NCBI GenBank assembly: GCA_903937035.1
Contig: CAIZXS010000005.1
Span: 1-60,745, forward strand
Reading direction: 5' to 3'
Origin: an uncultured bacterium
GTDB taxonomy: Bacteria; Patescibacteriota; Minisyncoccia; Moranbacterales; UBA2206
DNA: 60,745 bases
Shown: piece after piece, positions 49,143 through 58,761 of the stretch
How positions within the stretch are numbered: position 1 is the first letter of the stretch
How the letters are laid out: each line of letters begins with the position of its first letter
Notes under the pieces: generated by a model
What the model saw: the letters and a program-made list of their open reading frames with translations, nothing else
The model's database searches: none
Told to the model about the DNA's origin: nothing
Translations under genes and position numbers: made by a program

Positions 49143-50027
49143 ATGAACCTAAACATGAAAAGTAATATTTTTATTATTATTGCTGTTTTTGGATTTCTAT
49201 TGACTGCGTCAAATGCAAGCGCTGCCAGCGGTCTCGTGCCTTGCGGACTCGGATCAAATGACCCGTGTACGCTGTGCCATCTGATTGTTGGAACTCAAGG
49301 CCTAATCCAATGGGGAATGGGCATTCTAATCGCGCTTTCTATTACAGCAATTTCAATTGCTGGCGTCATGTATGTCGTCTCATCAGGCGACCCAACATTC
49401 ATAAAACAAGCTAAGAGCTTTGTCACGAGCGCGATCATCGGCTTCGCTTTAATGCTAGGAGCTTGGCTCATTGTCAACGCTACGCTTTGGGTGTTTTCCG
49501 CCAAAGAAAAATCATCCGGTAATTATAACCTGGGACTGGATAGTGAGAACTGGTATACGTTCACATGCTCCACGGTCAGCTCATCAACCGGCGCCACGAC
49601 AACAGGACAAGGAGGCGTTGCAGCAGAACCACTTGCCACAAATTTTGATTGCGCAAATTTCAATTATCAATCCGGCATTAAGGCCCAATGTGATGCTGGA
49701 GATGCCTCAACCGAGCTCCAAACCCTAATGATGTGTCTAAAAAGCAAACTCGGTGCCAGCATGACAATCAATTCTATTTCTGATAGCGCAGGATTATCCA
49801 CCTGCACCACTAGTTATTCAAAACCACCATGCGCTCACGCAAAAAGTTCCTGCCACTATGGAGGGACAGCTGGTGGAAAATCTGAGGCAGTTGACATTTC
49901 TACCAGAAACTTAGATGCGAATGCTATTCTTTCGGCCGCAACAGAATGCGGCGCCGGTTACAAAAAAAATGAGGCGGCTTCTGCCAATCACATCCACATC
50001 AGCACAACTGCTTGCATGAATAATTAA
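49143..50027 (+). CDS. VirB2/TrbC-like pilin fused to a putative M15-type (Hedgehog/DD-peptidase fold) Zn peptidase
   Basis: GLVPCG..C.LC, AGVMYVVSSGD....QAK....AIIG...L.AWLIVN; C-terminal SCHYG..AVD and HIHIS. Confidence 0.7.
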   Translation: MNLNMKSNIFIIIAVFGFLLTASNASAASGLVPCGLGSNDPCTLCHLIVGTQGLIQWGMGILIALSITAISIAGVMYVVSSGDPTFIKQAKSFVTSAIIGFALMLGAWLIVNATLWVFSAKEKSSGNYNLGLDSENWYTFTCSTVSSSTGATTTGQGGVAAEPLATNFDCANFNYQSGIKAQCDAGDASTELQTLMMCLKSKLGASMTINSISDSAGLSTCTTSYSKPPCAHAKSSCHYGGTAGGKSEAVDISTRNLDANAILSAATECGAGYKKNEAASANHIHISTTACMNN

Positions 50028-50041
50028 AATTCACAATCCGC

Positions 50042-51190
50042 ATGTCTATTAGTAAGAAAATATTCATTTTTTCATTGACGCTATTTTGCATTACCATGCT
50101 TTTCTTTGGCATATATAATTTCGCCTTCAAAGGTCCCACCGAAGAAATTCCTGTGGAAGAAAAAAAGGCACCAGAAGTCGTCATCCCGAAAGTTCCACCG
50201 AAAGTCAGCACCACCCCCATAACTGCAATTTCCGATGAGCCAGTGCTAGCGCCAACGCTTGCCAAAGACACCGCCGCGATCAAATATTACGCCAAAAATA
50301 GTGGCCGAGTCTATCAGATTGACTTTAATGGAAATGGGAAAAGAGTTTTTTCTGACAAGGAATTAATCGGACTAACCGATGTAATTTGGTCACCAGACAA
50401 AAATAAGGTGATTACCGAGCTCACAACCGCCGGAAAAACAAAATTCTATTACTACGACCATATCGAATTAAAAAGCATACCAATCAAGGATAATGTCGAT
50501 GAAATTGCTTGGCAAAATAGTGGCAATCGCATTTTCTATAAATACTACGAAACCGCCACAAAGAAAAGGACCTTGAGTATTTCCGATCCTGATGGAACAA
50601 ATTGGGTCAAGTTGGCCGATATCGACTTTCGCAATATTTCAATCGCTCAAATCCCTCAAAGCAGTCTTGTTTCTTTTTGGAATAAGCCAGATGCATTCTT
50701 TGAGACAATTCTCAAATCTGTCCCCGTGGTGGGAGGAGAAGAAAAAATTCTCCTTAAGGGCAATTTTGGGGCTGATTATCTCTGGAACCACAACGGAACA
50801 TCCGCTATTGTCAGCCACTCTGACGCCAAGGGTGGAACAAAAATTCAACTTTCAATCATCAATTCCAATGGTGGCGAATTCAAAAATCTCGACTTGCCGA
50901 CACTTGCTTCCAAATGCGTTTGGCTGAAAGACAATACAAACCTCTTTTGCACAATGCCAGGTAAAGTTCCACCGTCCGCCATCATGCCCAATGATTATGA
51001 TCAGGAAAAATTCCATACTGCCGATACTTTTTGGAAAATCAACACTGTAACGGGAGAAAAAAACAGAATAATTGAGTTAGATAAAATTAGCGGAGAATAT
51101 GACGCCACTAATTTATTTTTAAATACTGATGAGAGCATCCTCTTTTTCACAAACAGAACAGATGGAAAGCTTTATCGACTGACTCTCTAG
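50042..51190 (+). CDS. membrane-anchored beta-propeller (TolB-like) protein
   Basis: N-terminal TM; repeated WSPD, W.N.G and DPDG blades. Confidence 0.7.
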   Translation: MSISKKIFIFSLTLFCITMLFFGIYNFAFKGPTEEIPVEEKKAPEVVIPKVPPKVSTTPITAISDEPVLAPTLAKDTAAIKYYAKNSGRVYQIDFNGNGKRVFSDKELIGLTDVIWSPDKNKVITELTTAGKTKFYYYDHIELKSIPIKDNVDEIAWQNSGNRIFYKYYETATKKRTLSISDPDGTNWVKLADIDFRNISIAQIPQSSLVSFWNKPDAFFETILKSVPVVGGEEKILLKGNFGADYLWNHNGTSAIVSHSDAKGGTKIQLSIINSNGGEFKNLDLPTLASKCVWLKDNTNLFCTMPGKVPPSAIMPNDYDQEKFHTADTFWKINTVTGEKNRIIELDKISGEYDATNLFLNTDESILFFTNRTDGKLYRLTL

Positions 51191-51196
51191 CCAGAG

Positions 51197-51345
51197 CAGG
51201 ACTTACGTGCTTGCCAAGAACAAGCTTTTCTATAGCCAAGGTTGATCTGGAAAACTTTAGTAATTTTAGGGTTTAAACCAAACAAAAATAAGCTCTAAAT
51301 AGCCACGCGCTTTAAAGATTGTTTTTGGTAAACGCGCAAGTCATA
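51197..51345 (+). mobile_element. MITE-like element, copy 2
   Basis: Ends CAGGACTTACG...CGCAAGTCATA form an imperfect inverted repeat. Aligns with 12216-12366. Confidence 0.75.
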
Positions 51346-51366
51346 TAGAAATTGAAAAATAAAAAA

Positions 51367-52524
51367 TCACAACAAAGCAAATAAAAGCCAAAAAATCACA
51401 GCTAGATCATTCTTGAAATAAGTAGTATCAACTAGGCCATGCACAAGAATATAGCCCATAATTCCCAGCCCAATCAGTTTTAGGTTGGGATTTTTTTGTG
51501 ATTTAGAAAGACAATAGAACCAAAAATAAACTAAAGACAAGAACCCCAATAATCCAAATATGCCACCATAAAGCCAAAATGCCAAATAGACATTGTGAGG
51601 ATGTGGCACCGCCCATTCTAAGTATGGTGGGAAATATTTTTGATAGGCTAAATATTCTTTTTGAAAGTTACCAGCGCCAATCCCCAAAAACCAATTACTT
51701 TCAAGTATTTTTTCAGCCGAATGCCAAATCATCACTCGAGAGGAAATGGAAGATCTGCCATTGCCACTAATCAAGTCGGCAAACTTATTTTTTTCCACTT
51801 GAGAAAGAAGTAGGATAGCGAATAAAAATAAAACGGCTGACCCTCTTTTCATATTCTTCCTTGATTTAACTGCTAGTAAAAACAAAAACACAGCCACAAC
51901 TGCAATCCAACTTGAATATGAGCATGTCAAATATAGCGCCAAAAAAATAGCCGAGCCAGACAATCCAAAAAATATCTTTCTTTTGGAACTTGCTTCTGCG
52001 AACAATCCATAGCCAATAAAAAATGCCGGTGCCAAATACATTGCCAAGTAATTAGGAGAATTAAAAAAGCCCTCAAGTCGCATATCATATGTCTTAAGGC
52101 CTAATATAAAAAAACCAAGAGAAATCAGTGCAACGACAAAAGCAGATAAATAATACGCAAAAAAAACATTTTTAAGCTTATCCTCCATAATCACTGAACG
52201 AATAACTACTAAAAATAGAATAGGGAGCACAAACCAACTCTTAATAATCCCAAGCCCCATTGTGTAATTTTTTGCCACTAAAATCGAAGCAACTAAACCA
52301 ATAAAAATCACCCCAATAGCCATGATAATTGGTTTAAATTTCAAAATATCTCGCTGTAAATCATTCTTTTTATAGCTTGCTAAGATCCAGATAACGACGC
52401 ATGCAAAAATCAGCCAATCCAGGACATTTGTCGGAAAGCCCACGATATTAAAGCGCAAAAGATAGGTTGGTAGCGCCAAAATAGTCAGGTAAATTAAATT
52501 CTCCAGATTAAATAGTTTTTTCAT
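51367..52524 (-). CDS. O-antigen ligase/Wzy_C-like membrane protein
   Basis: RLEGFFNSPNYLA, R..IW, GIGAGNF and HPHNVYL. Confidence 0.85.
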   Translation of the reverse strand: MKKLFNLENLIYLTILALPTYLLRFNIVGFPTNVLDWLIFACVVIWILASYKKNDLQRDILKFKPIIMAIGVIFIGLVASILVAKNYTMGLGIIKSWFVLPILFLVVIRSVIMEDKLKNVFFAYYLSAFVVALISLGFFILGLKTYDMRLEGFFNSPNYLAMYLAPAFFIGYGLFAEASSKRKIFFGLSGSAIFLALYLTCSYSSWIAVVAVFLFLLAVKSRKNMKRGSAVLFLFAILLLSQVEKNKFADLISGNGRSSISSRVMIWHSAEKILESNWFLGIGAGNFQKEYLAYQKYFPPYLEWAVPHPHNVYLAFWLYGGIFGLLGFLSLVYFWFYCLSKSQKNPNLKLIGLGIMGYILVHGLVDTTYFKNDLAVIFWLLFALL

Positions 52525-53770
52525 CTACTTGAGCTAGGCGACTAAGGCCTGCAATAATCAAAAATAACGGCAAAACAACTGGCGAATATAGCGACGTCTC
52601 CACGAGCGAATGAGCGGAAAAAATAATGACACTTAACGCTGCGCAGAAAAATAGGATATCTTTTGATTTAACGATAAAAACCAGCAGTAATGAAACCGAG
52701 AAACCTAACCATAAAATAAGACTAAAAAGGCCGGTTTCCGCTGCGATGTCCAAGTAATTGCTATGCGCATAAATCGGATCTCGATAATTGGCAGTCGCAC
52801 TAATTTCCAATGGATAATTCCCAATCCCCACACCAATAAGTGGATGACTCACAATAACCTCACTAGCTTTTTTCCAAGTTTCAATCCTGCCTTGATTAGA
52901 GCCCTCTTGAAAGTCAAAACTAGAAAAAAATCTTTCTGAAAGTGGACCAGGAATTAGCAGAAGAATACCCACCGAAATGGCAAGAATTACTATTTTTAGC
53001 CTATAATCTTTTCTTAATTTATGCCATAACAAAAAAAATGCGGCCATCGCTCCAGCAAATAAGCCAAGATAACCACCTCGCGAGAAAGTAAGGAGATCTG
53101 CTAAAAGCACCGTAAAAAAAACCACCAAATAAATCCTTCGGTTTAGTTTTAAAAATAGTCCAAAAGCAAGAGGCAAGAGCATCCCTAGAAAAAATGAAAA
53201 CATATGAGGATCAGGAAATGTCGCAATGGCACGCAAATATGTCTCCCCAGAAATATTCACTAGCCAACTAGGATTTTTGAGCACCGCAGCTGTCACATTC
53301 TCGCCCAAAAAAAGCGGGGAAATGTAATTCGCCCAAAATCCATGTGTCCCATTAAGCCCGATCGCAAACTGCAATACAAATTGAAAAATGCCCACAATCG
53401 CAACAAAAAATCCACCAAAAACAAGATATTTAACCAGTCTTTCCATTTTTTCCCGCGTATCAATCAAATCCGCAACCACAAAATAAAGCGGGAAAACTGA
53501 AAACAAAAACAATAGCTTTCTCATCGACCAGCCGCTATTTTGGGAGACAACCAAGGAAAAAAGGTTAAAAAACAGGAAGCTTACAAGAAAAAAATTGAGC
53601 TTACTACTTTTCACAAAAAACGTCCGCCGCCTAAGGCTCTCCATGAGCCACACAAAAAAAAGCAAAAGAATAAAAACCCGCGAACTTGCCAAATCCACGC
53701 CAGCACTTGGATTTAGCGCAAACTGAAAAGGCAGGTAGCAACAAAAAATTAACAACAATCCAGTTAACAT
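52508..53770 (-). CDS. O-antigen ligase/Wzy_C-like membrane protein
   Basis: RAIATFPDPH, TFSRGG, GRIETW, PLIGVGIGN and AHSNYL..AAETG. Confidence 0.85.
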   Translation of the reverse strand: MLTGLLLIFCCYLPFQFALNPSAGVDLASSRVFILLLFFVWLMESLRRRTFFVKSSKLNFFLVSFLFFNLFSLVVSQNSGWSMRKLLFLFSVFPLYFVVADLIDTREKMERLVKYLVFGGFFVAIVGIFQFVLQFAIGLNGTHGFWANYISPLFLGENVTAAVLKNPSWLVNISGETYLRAIATFPDPHMFSFFLGMLLPLAFGLFLKLNRRIYLVVFFTVLLADLLTFSRGGYLGLFAGAMAAFFLLWHKLRKDYRLKIVILAISVGILLLIPGPLSERFFSSFDFQEGSNQGRIETWKKASEVIVSHPLIGVGIGNYPLEISATANYRDPIYAHSNYLDIAAETGLFSLILWLGFSVSLLLVFIVKSKDILFFCAALSVIIFSAHSLVETSLYSPVVLPLFLIIAGLSRLAQVDEKTI

Positions 53771-53784
53771 ATAGGCTATAAAAT

Positions 53785-53833
53785 TATGACTTACGCGTTT
53801 ACCAAAAACAATTCTTAAAACGCGTAAGTCCTG
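53785..53833 (-). mobile_element. internally deleted MITE-like element, copy 3
   Basis: Reverse complement CAGGACTTACGCG-TTTTAAGAATTGTTTTTGGTAAA-CGCGTAAGTCATA retains both ends of the 150-bp element. Confidence 0.75.
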
Positions 53834-53840
53834 AAAATAA

Positions 53841-54629
53841 TCAAAAACTAAATAATCTCAAAAATTTCAAAAGCACTGTCTGGAATAATCCCAAATGCTT
53901 TCTGAAATAGTAATCCTGTGAAAGATAATAATTTTTCTTTTGATTTTTTTTCAACAAAAAGCTTTTTCCGCCATGATGCAGCACTGAAAAACCAGGAAAA
54001 TACACAACTTTCTTATCAAGAAAATGCATACGACAACAAAGATCGACGTCCTCAAAATACATAAAAAAATTCGAGTCAAACCCCCTAAGCCTTAAAAATA
54101 GCTTTTTTGGAATAAACAAGGCAGTTCCAGCAACCCAAAAAACTTCAACCGGCCTTTCGCTCTGCCAATGACGACTATCCCTAACGCAATTTAAGTTATT
54201 CGCCAGAATATTCCAAAGACTAACTTTGGTTCCCGCAATCCATGGTTGAACATTTCCATCTGGTAACACTAGACGGGAACCTAAGATGCCCATTTCTGGA
54301 TCTTTCTCAAATGCCTGCATAATTTCAGAAAAATCTTGAGAGATAATTTCAGCATCAGGATTGAGGAAAAAAAGGAGCTCCCCAGTAGCCACACCCACTC
54401 CCAGATTATTTGCATTTCCAAATCCCTTATTTGCTACGCATTGCAGAATTTTTACCTCGGGATACAATGTCGCCAAACCCTCCATTTCAGCCGCTACGCC
54501 ATTATTAACCACAATAACCTCTATTACTACCTCTAAATCATTTTTTGCAAAAATAGAAGCCAAACACCTATCTAGATAGGCCCGACACCTATAGTTGACA
54601 ATTATTATTGAAAGTTTTACTTTTCGCAT
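53841..54629 (-). CDS. GT2-family glycosyltransferase
   Basis: SIIIVNY, N.GFG.ANN, FLNPD and FFMYFEDVDLC. Confidence 0.92.
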   Translation of the reverse strand: MRKVKLSIIIVNYRCRAYLDRCLASIFAKNDLEVVIEVIVVNNGVAAEMEGLATLYPEVKILQCVANKGFGNANNLGVGVATGELLFFLNPDAEIISQDFSEIMQAFEKDPEMGILGSRLVLPDGNVQPWIAGTKVSLWNILANNLNCVRDSRHWQSERPVEVFWVAGTALFIPKKLFLRLRGFDSNFFMYFEDVDLCCRMHFLDKKVVYFPGFSVLHHGGKSFLLKKNQKKNYYLSQDYYFRKHLGLFQTVLLKFLRLFSF

Positions 54630-55489
54630 TTCACATTCTTAAAATCCCAATACGCCCGTTGCACAGAGAGATTCATTTCTGTTCTATTCCTGCGCACGTC
54701 ATTCCAATTTTTCATTCTACGCAAGATGGTATAGATAAAAACTCGCAAGCTAAGGTGCGCTGGCGTGTTTTTTTTAAAAAATAATAAACCAGAAAGAACG
54801 AGCCAGTAGACCTTCTTAGGCCTATTTATCTCACTTTTTTCCAAATGACAAATATGTGAATTTGCCACCACTACAAGCGAATAGCCGGCTCTTTTTGCTC
54901 TTACGCTGAAATCAACATCTTCCCAATACAAAAAGAAATCCTCATCTAGTAATCCAATTTTGGCAAAAACTTCAGCCCTAATCAGCATAGCGCAACCGGA
55001 AATAAAATCAGAACTAACAGAATCATACTTTAATTCTTCAGTGCCGTGAAAACTTTTCATGCGCAGCCAGTCAATCTTCCCCCCAGAAAACCAGATATCT
55101 TTATTGTTCTCGGAAAAAATCTGTGGACTAAAAAGGCCAGCCTTCTCATTTTCCAAGGCGCTTACGACTAATTGCTTTAAAAAATCCCTCCTTACCTCCG
55201 TATCATTATTGAGCAAAAGCACGAAATCAGCTGTTCTTTCTAGGGAATATTTAATCCCCACATTATTACCAGCTGAAAAGCCGAGGTTTTGCTCATTTTT
55301 AATAAAAGTTGCTTTTGGGAAATCAAGTCTTGCTGATTCGAGAGAGCCGTCTCCCGAATTATTATCCACCACAACAACTTCAAAATTTGGATAATCCACA
55401 CAAAAAAGACTAGCTAAGCAGCTCTTGAGACAACTCTTGCCATTATAATTCAAAACGACAATATTAATTTTCGGATATTGGCTTTTCAT
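54617..55489 (-). CDS. GT2-family glycosyltransferase
   Basis: VVLNYN, VVDNNSGD, NLGFSAGNN, LLNND and FFLYWEDVDFS. Confidence 0.92.
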   Translation of the reverse strand: MKSQYPKINIVVLNYNGKSCLKSCLASLFCVDYPNFEVVVVDNNSGDGSLESARLDFPKATFIKNEQNLGFSAGNNVGIKYSLERTADFVLLLNNDTEVRRDFLKQLVVSALENEKAGLFSPQIFSENNKDIWFSGGKIDWLRMKSFHGTEELKYDSVSSDFISGCAMLIRAEVFAKIGLLDEDFFLYWEDVDFSVRAKRAGYSLVVVANSHICHLEKSEINRPKKVYWLVLSGLLFFKKNTPAHLSLRVFIYTILRRMKNWNDVRRNRTEMNLSVQRAYWDFKNVKCEK

Positions 55490-56915
55490 ATTCCTTGATT
55501 CCCTCTTTGCTTATTATACTAGTTATTTCAGAAGTTTCCACTGCTTGAAACATCCAGATTGCTAAGATGTAAACAATGGCACTGCTAAAGCCAAGGAAAT
55601 AAAAATTTCCGTGCCTAAAAATAAATAGATAAATCGCCATCAATAAACCAGAGAAAAGGATTCTGCCAACTTTTTCTGATTTTGGGACATAGCCTAATTG
55701 TTTAAAAACCAGATAACCTGAAGCTAGCGCAACAAAAAGCTCCGTAGCCATAGATATGATTGCCGCTGCTATATAAGAAAAAATAGGAATAAAGATTAGA
55801 TTAGCAGAGACATTGAAAATGGCCGCTGCAGACAATACAAACATCAACTTCTTCTGAAGATTGCCAGCAACTAAAATAGCATTGAAAAAATTACTAAAAA
55901 ATATTGCAGCCAAAGCAAAAACAAGTATACGAAGAACCAGCGCCGACTCATCAAATCCAGCGCCACCAATTAAATAGATAAGTCCATTAGAAAGGAATAG
56001 TGTCCCAACAATCAGGGGCACCACAAGCAAAATAAACACTTTGAAGGTTTTATTGGCTATGTCAGAAAAATTGCCCTTATTGCTAAAAATATGCTCAGAG
56101 ATAATGGGGAAAATAAGCCCAACAATCATCGCCGGAAAAAATGAGATATTTTCCAAGACCTTATAAGCTACGTTATAAATTCCGACTTCGGCACTACTTT
56201 TGATAATCGAGAGGAGAATTGTATCAATCTTGAAATAGATAAAAACCACGATCGCCATGACACCAATAGGATAGGATTCTGTCAAAAAACGCTTCCAGTA
56301 GCTAAAATCAAACCTAAATCCCAGTTTGACGTATTTCTTAGACCAAAAATATACCAAAATAAAACTAACGAGCATATTAAAAAGTAAGGAGGCTATAATC
56401 CAAGAAAAGCTCAATTTCAGCTTAACAGCCAAAATTATCACAGCCAGTTGCACAATTTTACCCAAAAGTTCTGAAACAGCCACTTTATCCATAGCCAAAT
56501 TCTTTTGAAAGACGCCATTTAGGATCTGATAGCCTGAAGAAAAAACAAAGGACGCCGCAATAATAACGACGCCGTATTTCACTTCCTGCGAATATGGCAA
56601 GAAAAGAATAAGCACGAAAGAAAACAAAAATATAACCAAGGATGAAATAACTCTCAAAGAGAAGGCATTTCCCATTATTTCGTTCACATTAGCACCAGGA
56701 CGAGATATCTCCCTTGTAGAGAATTGATAGAGACCCAAGTCAGAAACGGCAGAAAAGAAAGACAAGAAAGCCAAAATGGTAGCATAATCACCAAAACCCT
56801 CTTTGCCTAAATATCGCGTAATAAAACCAATAGAGGCAAGCGCGAGTGCGGTTGACAGTATCTTAGAGATACTACTCACTAGCACATTGTAGGCTATTTT
56901 CCTGGCAATAACCAT
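55464..56915 (-). CDS. Wzx-type polysaccharide flippase (MOP superfamily)
   Basis: RYLG...FG.Y, DLGL and ID.ILLS....VGIY..AY, with about 12-14 TM helices. Confidence 0.88.
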   Translation of the reverse strand: MVIARKIAYNVLVSSISKILSTALALASIGFITRYLGKEGFGDYATILAFLSFFSAVSDLGLYQFSTREISRPGANVNEIMGNAFSLRVISSLVIFLFSFVLILFLPYSQEVKYGVVIIAASFVFSSGYQILNGVFQKNLAMDKVAVSELLGKIVQLAVIILAVKLKLSFSWIIASLLFNMLVSFILVYFWSKKYVKLGFRFDFSYWKRFLTESYPIGVMAIVVFIYFKIDTILLSIIKSSAEVGIYNVAYKVLENISFFPAMIVGLIFPIISEHIFSNKGNFSDIANKTFKVFILLVVPLIVGTLFLSNGLIYLIGGAGFDESALVLRILVFALAAIFFSNFFNAILVAGNLQKKLMFVLSAAAIFNVSANLIFIPIFSYIAAAIISMATELFVALASGYLVFKQLGYVPKSEKVGRILFSGLLMAIYLFIFRHGNFYFLGFSSAIVYILAIWMFQAVETSEITSIISKEGIKEYEKPISEN

Positions 56916-56995
56916 AAAAGATACCTTAGCTACTTCTCAAATTAATAACAAGCAAAAACCAATAACGATCCAGTAGGCCCTAAAATTGATTGCAG

Positions 56996-57487
56996 TTAGA
57001 CTATTTCGATTGGCTTAATCACGATTCGACGTGATTCACCTTCGCCGATACTTTCCGTTTTAATCCGGTCATTTTTCGACAATTCCATATGCACAATCCT
57101 TCTCTCATATGCAGTCATTGGTCGCATAACGATTTCGCTCTTTCCACTAATAACCTCTTCTGCTAAATTTCTCGCCAAACGCACAACCGAGTCCTTCTTT
57201 TCCTGACGATAAGAATTAACATCTAAAATAAAATTTACAGGTTGAATAATTTTTTTTCTTATTATCACTCTTGCAATATGTTGCAATGATTGAAGATTTA
57301 GCCCATATTGACCAATTAAAAAGCTCGAGTCTTCAGTTTTAATATTACAGATAATCACATCCTCATCCTCTTCTGCTTTTTTCATTTCTATGCTTGAGAC
57401 AAACCCCATCTTAGAAATCAACCCCTTAACAATTGCAACGATTTCCTGCTCCACATTTTCCTGTTCCATATTATTTAATATACCCAC
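56996..57487 (-). CDS. jag: Jag/KhpB-like KH + R3H RNA-binding protein
   Basis: LIGQYG..LQSLQ, DVNSYR and PMTAYERRIVH. Conserved position after yidC. Confidence 0.88.
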   Translation of the reverse strand: MGILNNMEQENVEQEIVAIVKGLISKMGFVSSIEMKKAEEDEDVIICNIKTEDSSFLIGQYGLNLQSLQHIARVIIRKKIIQPVNFILDVNSYRQEKKDSVVRLARNLAEEVISGKSEIVMRPMTAYERRIVHMELSKNDRIKTESIGEGESRRIVIKPIEIV

Positions 57488-57570
57488 CCCTTTCTATCTT
57501 TAATCTTCGATCAATAGAATAAAAGGTCAAGATGGGCTTATTTAAATTTATAATTATCCAAAAATTGAAA

Positions 57571-58356
57571 CTACGCGCCCTTCGTCATTCTCATTTTTTT
57601 CTTTTCTAAATATTCCTGTTGAGTAATCATAAATAGCGTTGAGACAAGCCAATAAAGCGCAAGTCCAGCTGGAAACTTTATCCCGATAAAAAGAGTCATT
57701 ACTGGGGCCAGATACAACATTTGTTTTGACATCACTTGAGCAAAATCAGGCTCCTTGTCATCCTTTTTTCCCTCACTAGCAGTTTTTTTCTCTTTTGTGG
57801 CCATGAGCATTTTTGTTTGGATATATTGAGCACCCGCGGCCAAGATTACCAGAATAATATGGGCAATGTTCGCAGCACTAAAATTTTTAAAATCCACAAT
57901 ACTCGAAAGGTCAATCAGTCCCAAGAAAAGATGATTTATTTGGCCTGGATTTTGAATAAAGGCATACAAATCGCTCCCATTAACCATCAGTCCATTATTT
58001 GAAATATTAAATAAAACACGATAAATAGCGATTAGAAAGACTAACTGAAAAATCATAGGGAGGCAGCCGGAAAAAGGATTAGCCTTATTTTCCTTATAAA
58101 ATTCCATAAGTGCTCGACTTTGCTTCTCCTTGTCATTTTTATATTTATCCTGAAGCTCCTTTATTCTAGGCTGCAACTCCTGCATCTTCTTCTGAGACTC
58201 TATTTGTTTTCTACTAAGGGGAATGAGCAAAAATTTAATTATCACAGTAACTAATACTATAGCGACACCAAAATCATGCAAAGGCAAAAAGTTATATATA
58301 AAAATCAATAGATTGTAGATTGGACGATAAACAAATTCGTTAAATAGAAATGCCAT
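57571..58356 (-). CDS. yidC: membrane protein insertase YidC (short form)
   Basis: LQPRIKELQ.KYK, NPFSGCLP..Q and GLALYW. Confidence 0.93.
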   Translation of the reverse strand: MAFLFNEFVYRPIYNLLIFIYNFLPLHDFGVAIVLVTVIIKFLLIPLSRKQIESQKKMQELQPRIKELQDKYKNDKEKQSRALMEFYKENKANPFSGCLPMIFQLVFLIAIYRVLFNISNNGLMVNGSDLYAFIQNPGQINHLFLGLIDLSSIVDFKNFSAANIAHIILVILAAGAQYIQTKMLMATKEKKTASEGKKDDKEPDFAQVMSKQMLYLAPVMTLFIGIKFPAGLALYWLVSTLFMITQQEYLEKKKMRMTKGA

Positions 58357-58372
58357 TTTGTGTTTGCTCCAA

Positions 58373-58735
58373 CTACTTTATATTAGTTGTTGGAGATATA
58401 TTTTTAATTAAACCACACTTAGCTAAGCACTCTCCTAGCTCTGAAAGCGGATATCCGCTCTCACCCCAACCTTTTTGTACAATTACCACAACATCCCAAG
58501 AAGGTTGAATTTTTTGCAGATTCTTACTAAAAAACTCCCTTATTTGACGCTTTGCTCGATTTCGCACAACTGCCTTTGGGGAATAGCTAATACCAACAGA
58601 TATCCCCAATCTAACCACATCTAGATCGCTTCTCCTTGTCTTCAGAATCAACTTACCACAAAAAAGGGCTCTTCCTTGGCGACAAACTAACCCAAAATCA
58701 GCATTTTTCCTAATTCTGTTTCTTTGTGGCAACAT
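58373..58735 (-). CDS. rnpA: ribonuclease P protein component
   Basis: RLGISV and KAVVRNRAKRQIRE (RNR motif). Confidence 0.9.
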   Translation of the reverse strand: MLPQRNRIRKNADFGLVCRQGRALFCGKLILKTRRSDLDVVRLGISVGISYSPKAVVRNRAKRQIREFFSKNLQKIQPSWDVVVIVQKGWGESGYPLSELGECLAKCGLIKNISPTTNIK

Positions 58736-58761
58736 TGTCCGATCTTGAAAAGTTAAAAAAC

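Noticed and set aside
35050-51190. Integrative conjugative element
   Set aside because: No relaxase, integrase or att boundaries are seen, and the locus is embedded among origin-proximal core genes.
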